64,000 nt of DNA from the human T2T-CHM13v2.0 reference genome, Homo sapiens. The position numbers and the translations under genes are program-made. The notes under the pieces were generated by a model. The model saw nothing but the letters and a program-made list of their open reading frames with translations. It was not told the DNA's origin and did no database searches. The stretch is from NCBI RefSeq assembly GCF_009914755.1, contig NC_060934.1; one strand, given 5' to 3'. Shown here in pieces: positions 63,460 to 64,000 of the stretch (positions are counted from its first letter, which is position 1; every line of letters begins with the position of its first letter).

Positions 63460-63759
63460 TTTTTTTTTTTCAGGGTCTCTCTGTGTCACCCAGGCTAGAT
63501 ACAGTGCAGTGGCACAATGACAGCTCACTGCAGTACTGCAGTCTTGACCTCCTGGGCTCAAGCAAATCCTCCCGCCTCAGTCTTCTAAGTAGCTAGGACT
63601 ATAGGCACATACCACCATATCCAGCTAATTTTCTTATTTTTTGCAGAGACAGGTCTCATTGTGTTTCCCAGGTTAGTCTTGAACTCCTGGGCTCAAGCCA
63701 TCTTCCCACTTCGGCCTCCCAAAGTGCTGGGATTACAGGTGTGAGCCACTGCAACCAGC
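63460..63759 (-). mobile_element. Alu SINE (AluJ-type)
   Basis: Reverse-complement Alu; TSD CAATTTTGCTTTT at 63451 and 63759. Confidence 0.95.
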
Positions 63760-63779
63760 AATTTTGCTTTTCAGTGTAG

Positions 63780-63930
63780 TTGTTTGCATATTTGCCTCCC
63801 CAATAAGATTTTAAAGGTGTGCAAAGGCATAAACTAGAAACGTACTCATCAGTGAACGCTATAGCACTTAGCAGGATACTTTGCAGGAATACTCTGCAGT
63901 AATAGCTGCTTAATAAATACTGGTTGAATT
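63780..63930 (+). mobile_element. L2 3' end fragment
   Basis: GCTTAATAAATACTGGTTGAAT terminus. Confidence 0.55.
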
Positions 63931-64000
63931 ATATTTTCAAATATCTGGTCCTGTGGATTTATTCCACAGATGCTGGTTTAAACATTTGGCTATAAGTATA

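Overview
Primate (human-like) nuclear genomic DNA, AT-rich and CpG-depleted, intergenic or deep-intronic. I recognise no protein-coding gene, tRNA, rRNA, CpG island or CRISPR array. The longer ORFs in the track are read-throughs of Alu, L1 or MaLR sequence, or chance ORFs. Much of the window is transposable-element fossil: about 16 Alu copies or fragments, several L1PA 3' ends, two large old L1M elements facing each other at ~35-41 kb and ~49-53 kb, L2/MIR fragments, MaLR solo LTRs (MLT1, MST) and hAT/Tigger MITEs (MER5, MER8, MER20, MER45A, MER94, MER112, MER119-like). Many have visible target-site duplications (TSDs) and nesting. The non-repeat signal of most interest is (i) a ~2 kb repeat-free block at ~20.5-22.4 kb dense in developmental TF motifs and (ii) scattered + strand splice-signal-bounded segments (407-600, ~24787-24932, 25268-25416, from 54291) that could belong to a spliced non-coding transcript. 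Both are inferences. Subfamily names come from my recall of consensus sequences, not from a search. Boundaries of old repeats are approximate. I found no convincing novel biological system.
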